Part shown: positions 57,657 through 64,000 of the stretch, one piece after another
Position numbering within the stretch: the first letter of the stretch is position 1
How the letters are laid out: each line of letters opens with the position of its first letter
Assembly (NCBI GenBank): GCA_040753675.1
Contig: JBFMEB010000004.1
Coordinates: 4,288-68,287 of the forward strand
Direction: 5' to 3'
Source of the DNA: Candidatus Omnitrophota bacterium
GTDB lineage: Bacteria > Omnitrophota > Gorgyraeia > JAHJTE01
Length of the DNA stretch: 64,000 bases
The notes under the pieces: generated by a model
Told to the model about the DNA's origin: nothing
The model's database searches: none
What the model saw: only the letters and a program-made list of their open reading frames with translations
Program-made: the position numbers and the translations under genes

Positions 57657-57704
57657 TGACGGCGAGTGGAATTGAACCACTGACATAGCGGGTATGAGCC
57701 GCTG
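57657..57704 (-). pseudogene. tRNA fragment: 3' half of a CAT-anticodon tRNA (anticodon arm, T-arm, acceptor 3' strand) without a 5' half
   Basis: Minus strand reads AGCGGCTCATACCCGCT (anticodon stem-loop, CAT), then AGTGG-TTCAATT-CCACT, then CGCCGTCA. No GACGGCG acceptor 5' strand is present. The adjoining downstream flank (57590-57656) is homologous to the tRNA-Tyr downstream flank at 49605-49671. Confidence 0.5.
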
Positions 57705-57759
57705 AAAATTGTCTTAAACAACTAGTGTTTGCCCGCTATAGCAGTTTCTCCTTTTTTAA

Positions 57760-58101
57760 TTATCTCTTTTCCAATTTGGCACCACATTTTGGACAAAATT
57801 CAATCTTCCAATTTAAAAGATTCGGATATAATGTCCTACCACATGAATCGCAAAACTGCGTTAATTTAAGATTAAGAGCTGAAATTAAAACCACCGCTGG
57901 AATAACCAATAACAAAACTTCAACTCTTATACCAGCTATCCAAATAACAAATGCAATAAATAAGACTCCTGTTCCAACTATTAACCATGGTTGCAGTTTT
58001 CTCTTTAACTTTACATCTTTATTAAAAATATAAAAAAAACCACTTGAAATTCCTAAAGCTACCCAAATAACAAAAAAAATAAAAAATTTAGTCTGTTCCA
58101 T
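57760..58101 (-). CDS. Hypothetical membrane protein with C-terminal CxxC...CxxC zinc ribbon
   Basis: 113 aa; three hydrophobic helices, then CDSCGRT...CPKCGAKL. Confidence 0.4.
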   Translation of the reverse strand: MEQTKFFIFFVIWVALGISSGFFYIFNKDVKLKRKLQPWLIVGTGVLFIAFVIWIAGIRVEVLLLVIPAVVLISALNLKLTQFCDSCGRTLYPNLLNWKIEFCPKCGAKLEKR

Positions 58102-58117
58102 TTAACTATTTTTAAGA

Positions 58118-58194
58118 TGGTGGCGGGGGAGGGATTTAAACCCTCGACCAATCGGGTATGAGCCGAATGCTCTATCGGGCTGAGCTACCCCGCC
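58118..58194 (-). tRNA. tRNA with CAT anticodon (elongator Met or lysidine-Ile2), CCA encoded
   Basis: Manual fold: acceptor GGCGGGG/CCCCGCC (1-72 paired), D-arm GCTC..GAGC, anticodon loop CTCATAC, T-arm GAGGG-TTTAAAT-CCCTC, 3' ACCA. The anticodon stem lacks the three consecutive G:C pairs of initiator tRNA. Confidence 0.75.
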
Positions 58195-58205
58195 GTCGTT
58201 CGCTA

Positions 58206-58430
58206 ATTATCTAATCAATGTGCGCACGCAAAAAATATTTATTGATTTATCTATTAATTTTCTCATTATCGGATGACGCTCACTCCCCATAGGGGCTCTG
58301 CCCCTCTGGCGGTCGCTACGCTCCCTGTCACCCCGAAAACATGGGGAAAATTCTTTCCCCATACCCCTTTGGTTCTCGGCTGTATTAAAAGCTAAATCCT
58401 GCTTCGCAGGATAACAGCCTACGAACCTCT
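58206..58430. mobile_element. 225-bp inserted element related to 49460-49671, flanked by 11-bp direct repeats GTCGTTCGCTA
   Basis: Direct repeats at 58195-58205 and 58431-58441. The second copy overlaps the acsE stop codon. Shares CCATAGGGGCTCTGCCCCTC, GGCGGTCG, CTCCCTGTCACCCCG, and GGGGAAAATTCTTTCCCC with the tRNA-Tyr-adjacent element. Confidence 0.45.
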
Positions 58431-58438
58431 GTCGTTCG

Positions 58439-59227
58439 CTACTTTTTCCTATACGCGCTCAAGAAAGAATCACAATAGATATTTTTATTTAAAAGTAATT
58501 CTGCAGTAATTACCGCATCCATCAAGTCTTTATCTAACGGGTCAACTATTGCTGCATCAAGACCGTATGCAGTTGCCATGGTTAAAAATATTCTATTTAT
58601 AATATTTCTTTCACAAGTGCCCTGAGAAACATTGCTTAAACCTACGATTGTCTTTGGCGCAGGTTCGGAGATTACTTTAAACTCATGCAAAACTTCTAAT
58701 AATATTTTTAGCTGTGACTGGGCAACATTAACTGGCAAAACTATTGGGTCAAGATAAATTTTATTAATATCGAAATTTTTCTCTTGGCAAAATGCTAAAA
58801 TTTGCGCTGCTAATTCTAAGCGCCGGTCTTTATCCTGAGGCACGCCTTTTTTATCCATAGTTAACGCAATTAACGATGCATTATATTTAATAGCCATATC
58901 AACATAAATCTCAAGCCGCTCTAAATCAGCGCTTGTAGAATTAATTATAGCATTTCCTTTACTTAGCTCTAAGCCTGCTTGAATTACATTTGGCTTAGTG
59001 CTGTCAAGGACAAGGGGTAATTTCGATGCCTTTTTAATTGAATTTATTAACCACGTCATGTCGCCAAGTGGATCTTTGGATAACGGCCCACAGTTAACAT
59101 CAAGCGCATTTGCTCCAGCTTCCTCCTGGTCTTTTGCTAACTTAATAATGGCACTTTCGTCTTTTTTAGCAATTGCCTCTCGAACATTTTTATACATCCC
59201 GTTAATCAGTTCACCAATTATAAACAT
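58439..59227 (-). CDS. acsE: Methyltetrahydrofolate:corrinoid iron-sulfur protein methyltransferase (pterin-binding, MeTr)
   Basis: 262 aa; MFIIGELINGM...ALDVNCGP...INSTSADLE...DPIVLPVNVAQ...GLSNVSQG. Colinear with Moorella AcsE, which I recall as MLIIGERINGMF...NVGP.... Confidence 0.85.
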   Translation of the reverse strand: MFIIGELINGMYKNVREAIAKKDESAIIKLAKDQEEAGANALDVNCGPLSKDPLGDMTWLINSIKKASKLPLVLDSTKPNVIQAGLELSKGNAIINSTSADLERLEIYVDMAIKYNASLIALTMDKKGVPQDKDRRLELAAQILAFCQEKNFDINKIYLDPIVLPVNVAQSQLKILLEVLHEFKVISEPAPKTIVGLSNVSQGTCERNIINRIFLTMATAYGLDAAIVDPLDKDLMDAVITAELLLNKNIYCDSFLSAYRKK

Positions 59228-60189
59228 TATTTCTCCATCAGTTTATCAATAAACTTCTCAACCTGCTTGATTGCTTCAGGATGGCGCATAATTAATAAAT
59301 CAGCGCCTGCCTGCAAAAACGTTGAGGCAGTTAACGCTTCCCAGAGCGGCCCCCGTTGCGATTGCTGACCCCAAATAGAAACCTCTTCATCAGTTGCCTT
59401 TGCCTCTTTTGCTCTCCAGGCCTCATGGCCGACAAAACAAATAAACGGCATAGCTAACATTGTATCTCCGGCAAAAGCAGCTAACCGCGCCCGTTCCATT
59501 ATTGAATAAGCATACTCTAAACCGTAGCCAAGAGCTCCCACTGTAGGATTTATAACAAGCCGGCTTACCGCCAATCCCATATCTGAAATAAGTATATTAA
59601 GTTGTTTTGCGATGTTTATATCTATAGGAGATTCGGCAATAATACTATGGCCGTCAGCAAGCACAGCAGCGGTCAAGGTTTTATAATTATCCTGTGTGGC
59701 ATCGCCAAAAAGTAACTTCTCTCCCTTTGTGACCTCGGAAATTTTTGGCAATACTGAATTATCCTTTGCATCATCTCCGCAACCTAAGATAATTAACGGT
59801 AAATCAACTGTCTTTAACAAATCTTCAACCAATTTAGCCAAATCACTAACTTGCTTATTGCCATAATCAGGATGCCCGCCCATTAATCGTAAACACAAAG
59901 CTTTAGCATTAAATTTTTCCTTACAAACCTTGGCCCAATCAAGCGGATTTTTTAAACATGAGCCATAACTAGATTTTAAGATATCCGGCCAGTCCGGCTC
60001 AACATCCCAGACTTCAAATGCAATCTGCGGTTTATTCGGAATATTTGACTCGCTATGCAAAAAAGGTAAACCGGTTTCGCCGCCAATCTTAATATTATTT
60101 GTCCGGCTACCTCCTTCTTGGCTGGTTGCGCCAATATTAACTGCATTAATATGCCCTGACCAAGATTCTTTAATTAGCTCTAAAGCCAT
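59227..60189 (-). CDS. acsD: Corrinoid iron-sulfur protein small subunit (CO dehydrogenase/acetyl-CoA synthase delta, TIM barrel)
   Basis: 320 aa. Size and position match: between the cooC-like ATPase and acsE, as in acs operons. Confidence 0.7.
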   Translation of the reverse strand: MALELIKESWSGHINAVNIGATSQEGGSRTNNIKIGGETGLPFLHSESNIPNKPQIAFEVWDVEPDWPDILKSSYGSCLKNPLDWAKVCKEKFNAKALCLRLMGGHPDYGNKQVSDLAKLVEDLLKTVDLPLIILGCGDDAKDNSVLPKISEVTKGEKLLFGDATQDNYKTLTAAVLADGHSIIAESPIDINIAKQLNILISDMGLAVSRLVINPTVGALGYGLEYAYSIMERARLAAFAGDTMLAMPFICFVGHEAWRAKEAKATDEEVSIWGQQSQRGPLWEALTASTFLQAGADLLIMRHPEAIKQVEKFIDKLMEK

Positions 60190-60928
60190 ATTCTTGCCTA
60201 AACTCCTCTATCTTCTTAAAAACCATGTTCGTTTTTTTAATGTCAGGGGTTGGTTTACCTTTAATGCTAAAATCAAATAATTCTTCATCAAAAGGAAGCT
60301 GATAGATTTTGTCAAAATTTACTCTTTCTATTTCAGGAATTAATTTGACGTTACCTTCTGCCTTATTGATAAAAAGAAAAATTTTTTTGAATTTAAAATC
60401 CATCTCGTCAATCAGACTTCTGATTCTTGCTGCTGAACGCATCCCGACTACTGTTGGGTCACTTACAACAATAAAAAAATCTGCCTCTCTGGTCGTTCTG
60501 CGCGACAAATGCTCCATTCCTGCTTCATTATCAATTACACAAAATGCATATTGTTTAATAATCTTACCTACGATATCTCTTAACACATTGTTGGCATAGC
60601 AATAACAGCCTGGCCCTTCGGGCCTGCCCATTGACAACAAATCAAAACTATTTCCTTCAGACAGCGCCTCGTTAACCTTTAACTCAATAAATTCATTCTT
60701 GGACATGCCTACCGGAATAGACTTAGGGGTTTTGGCAATAGAGTCAATAATCTCTCCTATCGAAACAGTAGAATCTAACCCTAAATTTAACGCTAAATTA
60801 CTATTAGGGTCAGCATCGATTGCCAGACAAGTTCCCAGCTTATTGTCTCTAATAGTCTTTATAAGTAAAGCAGCTATGGTTGTCTTGCCGCTACCGCCCT
60901 TTCCTGCCACTGCAATGGTAAATGCCAT
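60170..60928 (-). CDS. cooC: CooC/AcsF-type nickel-insertion ATPase (MinD/ParA family)
   Basis: 252 aa; deviant Walker A IAVAGKGGSGKTT. Confidence 0.8.
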   Translation of the reverse strand: MAFTIAVAGKGGSGKTTIAALLIKTIRDNKLGTCLAIDADPNSNLALNLGLDSTVSIGEIIDSIAKTPKSIPVGMSKNEFIELKVNEALSEGNSFDLLSMGRPEGPGCYCYANNVLRDIVGKIIKQYAFCVIDNEAGMEHLSRRTTREADFFIVVSDPTVVGMRSAARIRSLIDEMDFKFKKIFLFINKAEGNVKLIPEIERVNFDKIYQLPFDEELFDFSIKGKPTPDIKKTNMVFKKIEEFRQEYGFRAN

Positions 60929-60934
60929 GTTAGT

Positions 60935-62869
60935 TTATAACTTCACGCTGGGAAACTTGCTCCTGTCGGTATGCGGAAAAAACAAGGCTGCAGTATATTC
61001 ATCCATATAAGAGCTTTCAGTAGAAAGTTCAAAATATGTAATTTTTTTCGCAATCTCTTCTGCCTGGTTCATTGCCTGAGAGGAAAGCAGGATTTCCCGC
61101 GCTCCAGCCAAAGAACTGTTTCCTACAAAAAGGAATCTCTGCTTATCTAAATCCGGCAATAATCCGATGGCTATGGCTTTTTGAATATCAAGATATGTGC
61201 CAAAGCCGCCGGCAATAAAAATCTTTTTTATATCATTCAATTTAATTCCCATATGCCTTACAAGCGTAGCGGCTGCGGCAAAAATTGCTGCCTTGGAGCG
61301 CTTTAAGTTATCTATATCCTCATCAGTTATCACAATATCATTTCCTGAACCTGAATTTTCTCCCTTTACAACAACAAATGCCTTAGCTGTATCTGTGTTT
61401 ATTATCTTTGAAGAATCTCTTTTAGGATTTATCTTACCTGAGCCGTCAATAATTCCTGCATAAAGCATTTCTGCAAGCAAATCAATATAACCTGAACCGC
61501 AAATACCGACAGGTGCTGCATCAAGGATAGTTTCGTATTTAGCCTCTAAAGTATTTTTATCTATACTTACTCTCTGAATCGCTCCCTTTGTGGCGCGCAT
61601 ACCGCAACTTACCCCGCTACCTTCAAAAGCAGGCCCTGCCGAAGCTGCACAGGCAACAAGCCAGTCCTTATTACCCAGCACAATCTCACCATTAGTGCCA
61701 ACATCAATAAGAAGAGTTAATACTCTACTCTTATCAATACCGCAGGAAACAATTCCCGCCACAGTGTCGCCTCCCACATAGCTTGCAACAGAAGGCACTG
61801 TTGCTAAGAGACCTCTGGGGTTTATTTTTATTCCTGCTTCAGAAGCTCTTATCACCGGAATAAAATTTGCCGTAGGCACATAAGGTTCTCGCCTGATGTA
61901 AGTGGGATCAATCTTTAAAAGCAAATGCATCATAGTTGGATTTCCAGCACATAGACAGCAAGTAACATCATTTAAATCAATTGAATTTGCATTAATTAAA
62001 TCGCGAATCATATCATTCATCACATCAATCACTGCATGGTGCAATCTTTCTAAGCCTTCAATATTTTTAGCAAAAACTATTCTGGAGATAATATCTGTGC
62101 CGAAACTGGCTTGTTTATTATGAGAAGCCTTTGTCCCTAAAATAGTCCTAGCATTTAAGTCTATTAATTGGCCAGAAACCGTGGTGGTTCCTATATCAAA
62201 AGCAAAACCATAGTTTTTATTTGAAGTATCACCCGGCTGAACTAAAACCACTTCGTTTGTGCCGCCGCGCCGTCCGAGCGTTACAGTAATATCCCAGTTA
62301 CTGGAGCGCAAAATTTCACCCAATCGTCTGATGTTAGCGAGGCCAGTCTGCATAATCTTTAAGTCTTCTTTTTTTCTTATCTCTCTATAGACACGCTCTA
62401 GGTCACTCGTCTTATCTTCAAGCGTAGCCGGCTCTAATTTAAGGAATAATTTAGTAGCCAAAGGAGAATGACTAAAGATATCGCTTTTGACAAAAGAAAC
62501 AGCCCTGTCAATGTCTTCTGCCTTACTAAACATGCCTTTAAGTCTCTGGGCAAAAGCTTCCTCCTCACTAATCTTATCAAATTCGAGCCGAGACTCAGGC
62601 GGTATCTCTACGACAATATTGCTCTCAATCACAGATAAACATGCTAGGCAATACCCTTTTTCTCTCTCTTCTTTGCTAACTCTTCCAGACGGGGCAGAGC
62701 TTGCTTTTCCTTCTTTAATAATTACCTTACATCTACCGCAGACACCTTCTCCGCCGCAGCTGGAATGGATATAGACACCAGCTGATATTGCTGCATCAAG
62801 AATGGTTTTGCCCACGGGAACGTTTATCTTGATATTATCCGGTAAAAAGGTAACATTAAATTCAGCCAT
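60935..62869 (-). CDS. Reductive activator of corrinoid protein (RACo; [2Fe-2S] ferredoxin domain plus ASKHA ATPase domain)
   Basis: 644 aa; N-terminal plant-type ferredoxin CGGEGVCGRCKV...C, then a large ASKHA-like domain (DIGTTTV, DVGTNGEIVLG). Confidence 0.75.
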   Translation of the reverse strand: MAEFNVTFLPDNIKINVPVGKTILDAAISAGVYIHSSCGGEGVCGRCKVIIKEGKASSAPSGRVSKEEREKGYCLACLSVIESNIVVEIPPESRLEFDKISEEEAFAQRLKGMFSKAEDIDRAVSFVKSDIFSHSPLATKLFLKLEPATLEDKTSDLERVYREIRKKEDLKIMQTGLANIRRLGEILRSSNWDITVTLGRRGGTNEVVLVQPGDTSNKNYGFAFDIGTTTVSGQLIDLNARTILGTKASHNKQASFGTDIISRIVFAKNIEGLERLHHAVIDVMNDMIRDLINANSIDLNDVTCCLCAGNPTMMHLLLKIDPTYIRREPYVPTANFIPVIRASEAGIKINPRGLLATVPSVASYVGGDTVAGIVSCGIDKSRVLTLLIDVGTNGEIVLGNKDWLVACAASAGPAFEGSGVSCGMRATKGAIQRVSIDKNTLEAKYETILDAAPVGICGSGYIDLLAEMLYAGIIDGSGKINPKRDSSKIINTDTAKAFVVVKGENSGSGNDIVITDEDIDNLKRSKAAIFAAAATLVRHMGIKLNDIKKIFIAGGFGTYLDIQKAIAIGLLPDLDKQRFLFVGNSSLAGAREILLSSQAMNQAEEIAKKITYFELSTESSYMDEYTAALFFPHTDRSKFPSVKL

Positions 62870-62874
62870 GGTCT

Positions 62875-64000
62875 TTAGTTAAAGTTCTTTAAAAATCCAG
62901 TTATGCCTGATGCTTCGCGAGGCCCAACTAATACTTGCCAGCCACTTTTCTCTTCTAAGTCTGCGCTCATAACTGCGACATAGCCCGGAATAATTATTAT
63001 TTTATGCTCCACTAAATTGCCAGCATCATATTGTTTTATGGATTGAGAAATTTTTTCCGCAGTAAATTTCTCAGCTGCCCAGGCAGTTAATACAGACATG
63101 CCTTCTGTATCCACGCTTAAAATATAAGAAGAAATTTTGCTCGCCTCCACTTCAGAAAGCACAGTATAGTAGGTAAGAGAAAAATTAGTGGTAACTAGAA
63201 GTGGGGAACGCTTAGTCGGCGAACCAATCTGGTAAATTTTAGGCTCAACCTGCAATGGTTTCTGCGGATCAGAATAGATATTCTGACGTAAGGTAAGTAG
63301 GGATAGAATCTGCGCAACAGTTGTTCCTTCCAAAAGGATTATCGAGGCATACTTAACCAAAAGCGCTCCGGCAGAAAGCGTATCATTAAATAAGTCGCCT
63401 TTTTTTATAACTGCAAGAACGGGAAATCCAAACAACCTAAAATTTCTCTTTAGAGCAAGCCGGCGTATCTGAGTAAGATTTTCTAAATTTTGAGAAATTT
63501 TATCTTCCTTTATATTTAAAATTAAATCTTCCACCTTTAGTTCGCTTATACTTTTTATAACTTCAGATAGCAAGTCCAAATTATTAGAAGAAACAGCCAA
63601 GGGCAGGCTTAACTCTTTAGCTAGTTTTGCCACGTCTAAGATATTCTTCTCATTTGTAGGAAAAATAAGGGGTCTTCTGTCTTTAGCTATTTTGATACCT
63701 TCATGCATTATTTTCAGTTCATCTGCCATTAAAACCAGATTAAGTTTAGAATTTTCTATGACAAATTTTATTGTCGCACTAAATTTATCCGAATCTCCTG
63801 ATACGTTTTTTACGGCGATTAAACTGGCACTTAACTTCTGGCCCACTCTTTCAAATTGCAATTTGTTGATAAAATCTACGGATTCCTTTAGTTTACTTTC
63901 AGAAAGATTGTCTTCCAATATCAGACCGAGGCCTGCGGGATTGCGGAATTTTTCTTCATGGCGAAATAATACAGTTTCATTTCCTACTGCTAAAGCATCG
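62875..64000 (-). CDS. acsC: Corrinoid iron-sulfur protein large subunit, C-terminal part; ORF remains open to the window edge
   Basis: The track ORF starts at an internal TTG (63918). The frame upstream (..DALAVGNETVLFRHEEKFRNPAGLGLI..) has no stop through position 64000. The C-terminus has a B12-binding-like Rossmann region (KIIIIPGYVAVMS...VLVGPREASGI). Confidence 0.65.
   Translation of the reverse strand, partial: DALAVGNETVLFRHEEKFRNPAGLGLILEDNLSESKLKESVDFINKLQFERVGQKLSASLIAVKNVSGDSDKFSATIKFVIENSKLNLVLMADELKIMHEGIKIAKDRRPLIFPTNEKNILDVAKLAKELSLPLAVSSNNLDLLSEVIKSISELKVEDLILNIKEDKISQNLENLTQIRRLALKRNFRLFGFPVLAVIKKGDLFNDTLSAGALLVKYASIILLEGTTVAQILSLLTLRQNIYSDPQKPLQVEPKIYQIGSPTKRSPLLVTTNFSLTYYTVLSEVEASKISSYILSVDTEGMSVLTAWAAEKFTAEKISQSIKQYDAGNLVEHKIIIIPGYVAVMSADLEEKSGWQVLVGPREASGITGFLKNFN

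Noticed and set aside
58118-58194. Initiator tRNA-fMet assignment for the CAT tRNA
   Set aside because: Positions 1-72 are a G:C pair, and the anticodon stem lacks the three consecutive G:C pairs typical of bacterial initiator tRNA. Called elongator Met / possible Ile2 instead.

Overview
This is 64 kb of low-GC (about 35%) bacterial sequence in which every confidently called gene and every tRNA is on the minus strand. The content is a mix of housekeeping genes and several accessory loci. Coordinates come from the ORF track where a gene is complete, and from my own counting elsewhere (expect an error of a few nt).

Housekeeping genes, left to right:
- DNA polymerase III alpha (dnaE), N-terminal part only
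- guaA, a CBS-less guaB, groES-groEL with a CIRCE operator, and coaX
- uvrB split by a 558-aa LAGLIDADG intein in its P-loop
- nadC, valS, a leuA/cimA-family synthase, lysC, cstA and the archaeal-type phosphoglycerate mutase apgM
- coaB, thrC, hom, gpsA, nnr, acpS, pdxJ, cdaA, folP, ftsH and tilS

Accessory loci:
- 30.4-36.7 kb: a methionine-salvage 'DHAP-shunt'-like cluster that ends in an aldehyde dehydrogenase, an acyl-CoA ligase and a flavoprotein instead of the usual alcohol dehydrogenase.
- 37.1-49.0 kb: a type II PKS-like cluster, the strongest candidate for a novel system. It has KS-alpha, a catalytically dead KS-beta/CLF-like partner, ACP, an SRPBCC cyclase, a cyclase-family protein, SDR and ketopantoate-reductase-family reductases, a B12-binding radical SAM enzyme, an MFS exporter, a PadR regulator with a 28-bp perfect palindrome, and a tandem-duplicated Cys/His small protein.
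- 49.0-49.9 kb: a tRNA cluster (Gly, Tyr, Thr) with a GIY-YIG nuclease gene and a 212-bp inserted element flanked by a 21-bp duplication of the tRNA-Tyr 3' end. A related element sits beside tRNA-Met at 58.2 kb.
- 58.4-64.0 kb: a Wood-Ljungdahl corrinoid module (acsE, acsD, cooC, RACo, acsC partial).

Non-coding structure:
- A three-copy MITE-like element that supplies stop codons for the genes it abuts.
- Intergenic spacers built from a short motif in direct repeats followed by its reverse complement in direct repeats; the motif is unique to each spacer.
- In-frame heptanucleotide tandem repeats inside valS, thrC and nnr.
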